Positions 60,011-64,000 of a stretch of DNA of 64,000 nucleotides are shown here, one piece after another (position 1 is the stretch's first letter; each line of letters starts with the position of its first letter). Location: positions 5,178-69,177 of the forward strand of contig JALTLO010000197.1 of NCBI GenBank assembly GCA_027001995.1, in the 5' to 3' direction. Under the pieces are notes generated by a model. The model worked only from the letters and a program-made list of their open reading frames with translations. It was not told where the DNA came from and ran no database searches. The position numbers were made by a program, and so were the translations under genes. Origin of the DNA: Planctomycetota bacterium. GTDB taxonomy: Bacteria; Planctomycetota; GCA-002687715; DRQF01.

Positions 60011-61683
60011 GAGTTTGCTTTCTTGATGGTTGAGGCCAAGTCGTCTGGGAACAGGCGTAATAGGCTTTCAGTGATAAGGGGAGCTGCCATCCCCAAGCCA
60101 CAAGCGGAGGATGACTTCATCACTTGCCCCATATCTTCAACTTCTTCTCGCCAAGCGGCAAATGTATCAGGGCCTGCGCTGCCAGCTAATCGTTCGGTCA
60201 ATCTTTGGGTCCCGATGCGGCAAGGGAAACACTTGCCGCAAGATTCATGGGCAAAGAACGCCATGGCCTGTCGTCCCAAATCGACCATGTCTCGTGTTTC
60301 GTCGAATATCATGATGCCCCCAGCACCTAAGAAGGAGCCCTTGGCTCGAACGCTCGGTTCGTCCAGGGTAACCGCGTAGGCATCTTCCGCCCCCAAGAAC
60401 CCTCCCGACAGTCCCGCCATGGTGACTGCCTGAAGTTTCTTGCCCCCTGGGATGCCGCCGGCCCATTCTTCGATCAAAGTCTTCAGCGGTAGTCCTAAGG
60501 GCACTTCGTAGTTTCCAGGCTTTTCAATGTCACCGGACAGACTGATGAGCTTCGTCCCTTTGTGATCTCCAAGTCCCAAGGCCGCATAGCGTGCAGCACC
60601 ATTCATGACGATCCATGGGACGCTGGCCAATGTTTCAACATTGTTAACGGCAGTGGGCAGATCATTGAAGCCATGAGTCACCGGATATGGGGGACGATTG
60701 CGGGGGAAGGGGTGTTTTCCTTCTAAACTATTGAGCAAGGAAGTCTCTTCACCGCAAATGTAGGCACCAGCACCTCGGCGCAGGTGGATTTGGAATTCGT
60801 AGCCTGACCCCAGAATGTCTTTTCCTAAAAGGCCAGCGTCGCGAGCTTCCTGAAGAGCCTGCCCTAGTGTTTTCAATGTTTCTGGGTATTCGTAGCGTAA
60901 GTAAATGAAACCTTCGCTGGCCCCACAGCAAAAAGCGGCGAGGATCATACCCTCAATAACGAGGTGGGGGTCGTGGTCTAAAAGGGTGCGGTCCTTAAAA
61001 CATCCGGGTTCTCCCTCGTCAGCGTTGCAGACCACATACTTAGGAGACCCCTGGGCATCGGCAACGGCCTGCCACTTTTCTCCCGTAGGAAAACCTGCTC
61101 CCCCTCGGCCAGCCAAACCACTGGCCTTCACTTCTGCCAGAGTTCTCTCTCGCCCCAGATCGTTGAGGGCTTTTTCTGCTGCCAAATACCCCCCACTTGC
61201 CTGGTAACCAGCCAGTGATTTTCTGTCCGGATCGCGAATCTCGGCGAAAACACATTCTTCCAGACCACCAGGATTTGGGATGGGGCGTGGTGTTTCCGGG
61301 GTGGGAACGATGGCATCGGGAGCAATCTGGTAGGTGCGATTGCCTCGAAGTGCTGGGATTGGCACATCGCAGCGTCCACTGCAAGGCATCGATCTTGCCC
61401 CATCACCTTGCATGGCCTTCAAGATTTCTTGAGATCCTTTGAGGCTACAAATCGGACCTGTGCAGATGCGCAAATCATCGTGGCTCCCGCTTTCCATACT
61501 CAGATGGTCGTAGAAAGTCACGGTCCCGAATAGCTCCGCTTTTGGGATGCGGAGTGCCTTGGCTATGGCCAAGATGGCCTCTTCCGTAATCTTCAAGTCG
61601 CGTTCGTGAAATGCGTGCAACATACCCAACAAAGGAGCTGGTTGGGTCCGCCACTCTTCAATGATCTTCTCAGTGGATTCCAT
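60007..61683 (-). CDS. Fused NuoE/NuoF-like (FdsG/FdsB-like) NADH/FMN-binding subunit
   Basis: TFY, CTGPIC and CSGRC (2Fe-2S), then GRGGAGFPTG, NADEGEPG, GAGAYICGEE, NNVET and ESCGKCFPCR. ATGA overlap with fdhF. Confidence 0.92.
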   Translation of the reverse strand: MESTEKIIEEWRTQPAPLLGMLHAFHERDLKITEEAILAIAKALRIPKAELFGTVTFYDHLSMESGSHDDLRICTGPICSLKGSQEILKAMQGDGARSMPCSGRCDVPIPALRGNRTYQIAPDAIVPTPETPRPIPNPGGLEECVFAEIRDPDRKSLAGYQASGGYLAAEKALNDLGRERTLAEVKASGLAGRGGAGFPTGEKWQAVADAQGSPKYVVCNADEGEPGCFKDRTLLDHDPHLVIEGMILAAFCCGASEGFIYLRYEYPETLKTLGQALQEARDAGLLGKDILGSGYEFQIHLRRGAGAYICGEETSLLNSLEGKHPFPRNRPPYPVTHGFNDLPTAVNNVETLASVPWIVMNGAARYAALGLGDHKGTKLISLSGDIEKPGNYEVPLGLPLKTLIEEWAGGIPGGKKLQAVTMAGLSGGFLGAEDAYAVTLDEPSVRAKGSFLGAGGIMIFDETRDMVDLGRQAMAFFAHESCGKCFPCRIGTQRLTERLAGSAGPDTFAAWREEVEDMGQVMKSSSACGLGMAAPLITESLLRLFPDDLASTIKKANS

Positions 61684-61702
61684 GGGTCGTCTCTAGGGGA
61701 AC

Positions 61703-62356
61703 TTAGTAGTCGAGGCCCAACTTCTTGAGCTTGGGAGTGATAGTGTAGCGGCAATAGGGATTCGCGTTTTTCTTCCGTCGGTAGTAGTCCTGGTGTTCTG
61801 CCTTTGCCTTCCAGAAGTGGCTGGCCTCGGTGATCTCCGTTACGATGGGGTCTGCGAATGCCCCAGACTTTCCTACTTTCATCTTGGAGTCTTCAGCGAT
61901 TTCTCTCTGCTCAGGGCTGTGATAGAAAATCACTGAGCGATATTGAGTCCCTACGTCGTTGCCTTGACGGTTGAGAGTTGTAGGGTCGTGGAGTTTCCAG
62001 AACCATCCCAGGAGCTCACGGTATTTGATCTTGCTTGGATCGAAGTGCACTTGGACCACTTCCGCATGACCGGTGGTGCCCCGGCAAATGTCCTCGTAGC
62101 TTGGATCGTTCAGGTGCCCACCCATGAATCCGGATTCAATCTTGGTGACACCTTCTACTTGTTGCAAAACAGCTTCGATGCACCAATAGCATCCGGCACC
62201 AAGTGTGGCGATTTCGTCGTGGGAAGTTTGTGGACTCATTTTCTTGGTTTCCTTGGGCCGAGGATTGTTGTTGGTGGCAGTGTCTTCTGGCTTGGAGCCG
62301 CAAGCAAAGAGAAAGCAACTAACGAAGGTGAGGGTGACAACGAATATTCTGAACAT
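61703..62356 (-). CDS. msrA: Peptide-methionine (S)-S-oxide reductase, probable lipoprotein
   Basis: GAGCYWC.E, GHAEVV, HDPT...RQG.DVG.QYRS and HQDYY motifs; lipobox-like LFAC. Confidence 0.95.
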   Translation of the reverse strand: MFRIFVVTLTFVSCFLFACGSKPEDTATNNNPRPKETKKMSPQTSHDEIATLGAGCYWCIEAVLQQVEGVTKIESGFMGGHLNDPSYEDICRGTTGHAEVVQVHFDPSKIKYRELLGWFWKLHDPTTLNRQGNDVGTQYRSVIFYHSPEQREIAEDSKMKVGKSGAFADPIVTEITEASHFWKAKAEHQDYYRRKKNANPYCRYTITPKLKKLGLDY

Positions 62357-62471
62357 AACATTCCTTACTGGGCGCGATGACTTGAAGCCTATGATAGCTG
62401 ATACACCCAAGATCGCCATATTGTTGCATGTTCGATGAGGATGGGAGGCGGTTTTTTTGACCGCAGAGGTT

Positions 62472-63998
62472 TCAGCCCTCAAGTGCTGCTAATGTCTGCC
62501 AGAAATTGAGCCAGCGTTGTCGCTCCTCAGAGGGCAAAAATACTGGGAAATTTGGCCCATGGCATTCGGTCAAACGGGGGTCGGCGAGCCAAAGGCTTCG
62601 CTCTCTTTGAATGACAAATGGGGTTGATCCGCTTAAGCCAGCTTCATTGGCATCCAAAAATCGAGAAGCGGCAGAAAGGGCTCGTTCCCAGAGTTTGGCC
62701 TGCATGTCTGAATTGATGTTCTCTTGTCGTGCCAACCATAGAAGACTTGCTAACGCATCTCTTTCGATTCCTCTGGGTTGAGGCCCAAGGGTGCCACGGG
62801 GGGGAAGGCTGCCTTGACGTCCTGGGCCACGGCGTCGTCCCCGGGCAATGGCATCCAGCCAAGCGTTGCTCGCTTCGTTGGCCAGTTTGTTCCAGGTGAG
62901 AGTGCGGGCTCGGTCAATGGAGCCCCGCAGGGAAGGGGTGTCAAGAGGTCGGCCCATTTTCCTGAGAACTTGCAAATCTTGAATTCTTTTCCTGAGGCGG
63001 CTGAGCCTGATGGATTTCTTGTGGCCATCAATAACCTTCAAGGCGCCTTCTAAATTGCCTTGATCTGCTAAGGCTCTGGCCCATGTTGCCGGGAGTCCTT
63101 CATGGAGTCCCCCTAAGTCGATTCCAGCTTTTGCCGCTTTGATGGAAGCTGCGAAATCCCCAGCCGCCAAGTTCGCCATGGCCAACCGTGGCCACAACTC
63201 GTCGTGTTCCGGATGAATCCGAGCTGCAGTTCGCAAGAACTCCAATTCGGTTTTTGCCGAAACCTGAAAGTAAATGTCGCTCAGGGTACGGTCTAAATTT
63301 TCTCTCTTGACGCGGTTCCCTCCGTACATCACTTCCACGGCGTTCTTGGTTTCCCCCGATCGCAAAAGAGCAATGACCAAGTGCTTTCTGGCGAAAACGC
63401 TTCCAGGTTGGAGTGAAAGGGCAATCCAGGCGTGTCTCGTCGCCATATCGATGTCCGCTTGTGATCGTTGATCGGCAAGGGGAACACCCAATGGGCGATT
63501 GCGGCTGGCTAACATGGCGATGTGGTGGTTGATCCAAAAGTCATCCGGGTGGGCCACGAAACCTAACCACAAAACATGGAGAGCTTCTTGACGTTCGTTT
63601 TCCCGAACCAAGCTGATGGCCAAAAGGAGGATGCTTTGGGTGTTTCGTTTCTCTAAACCTTTCTCCCTGGCCAATTCCAAGAGAGCTTTTCGATCGTTCT
63701 CCAAAGCCACAGAGCGCAGGCGACGGCGCCAAGGATCTGTGTCCAAGAGTTGGCTGGTGCTGACGAGCTTGGACCAGAGTGATTCAGGCCCTTGGGCTTT
63801 CATGTTTCTCGTCGAGGCGGATCGCCCTCCGGCTTGCCGTTCTCGGGCGGCCCAGTCGTCTAAAGCTGCCAATATTTTTCTTCGCAAATAGGGCGGTTGG
63901 GGGTCAAGTCTTCGAAAAGCAGATTCTGGGGAGTGCTTTTCCATGTCGATCCCGAATGTGGTGAATGCGGCGGCGTACTCCTTGCGGCCAACATTCGG
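62472..63998 (-). CDS. C-terminal TPR-like region of a probable planctomycete Ser/Thr kinase, 5'-partial
   Basis: The frame is open to the window edge (EYAAAFTTFGID). ALDDWA, D.DPWRRRLR and HPDDFWIN motifs follow kinase domains in such proteins; the kinase domain itself is not in the window. Confidence 0.6.
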   Translation of the reverse strand, partial: PNVGRKEYAAAFTTFGIDMEKHSPESAFRRLDPQPPYLRRKILAALDDWAARERQAGGRSASTRNMKAQGPESLWSKLVSTSQLLDTDPWRRRLRSVALENDRKALLELAREKGLEKRNTQSILLLAISLVRENERQEALHVLWLGFVAHPDDFWINHHIAMLASRNRPLGVPLADQRSQADIDMATRHAWIALSLQPGSVFARKHLVIALLRSGETKNAVEVMYGGNRVKRENLDRTLSDIYFQVSAKTELEFLRTAARIHPEHDELWPRLAMANLAAGDFAASIKAAKAGIDLGGLHEGLPATWARALADQGNLEGALKVIDGHKKSIRLSRLRKRIQDLQVLRKMGRPLDTPSLRGSIDRARTLTWNKLANEASNAWLDAIARGRRRGPGRQGSLPPRGTLGPQPRGIERDALASLLWLARQENINSDMQAKLWERALSAASRFLDANEAGLSGSTPFVIQRERSLWLADPRLTECHGPNFPVFLPSEERQRWLNFWQTLAALEG

Positions 63999-64000
63999 GT

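Noticed and set aside
1..64000. Genome-wide UGA reassignment (genetic code 4 or 25)
   Set aside because: Many genes, including hemN, cysS and glk, end at TGA at their expected C-termini. Trp is encoded by TGG, and the internal TGAs I found occur only at Cys-like motif positions.

Overview
This is a bacterial window with planctomycete-type markers: a DUF1549/DUF1553-DUF1501-cytochrome c/LRR triad, Ser/Thr kinases with TPR-like tails and carboxypeptidase-regulatory-like repeat proteins. Most of it is housekeeping and envelope genes (hemN, cysS, sufE, msrA, msrB, map, glk, purF, a FecCD/Btu-type ABC transporter, an MBOAT pair), plus a DUF4011/SF1 helicase/DUF3320 (Hhe-like) gene. The main hidden signal is UGA recoding that the ORF track misses. 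A formate dehydrogenase alpha subunit is split at its active-site UGA (58928-58930) and has a canonical-looking SECIS, which indicates the organism uses selenocysteine. Two divergently transcribed exported-protein genes at 15174-17667 each carry two in-frame UGA codons in a UxxU arrangement. One is a thioredoxin-like/CxxCH/PDZ protein (FR-U-VP-U-RD-C). The other is a probable outer-membrane beta-barrel whose predicted mature N-terminus is Q-U-S-G-U, followed by a hairpin that closely matches the FDH SECIS. I found no rRNA, tRNA or CRISPR array by eye. Family assignments come from recalled motifs, not database searches.
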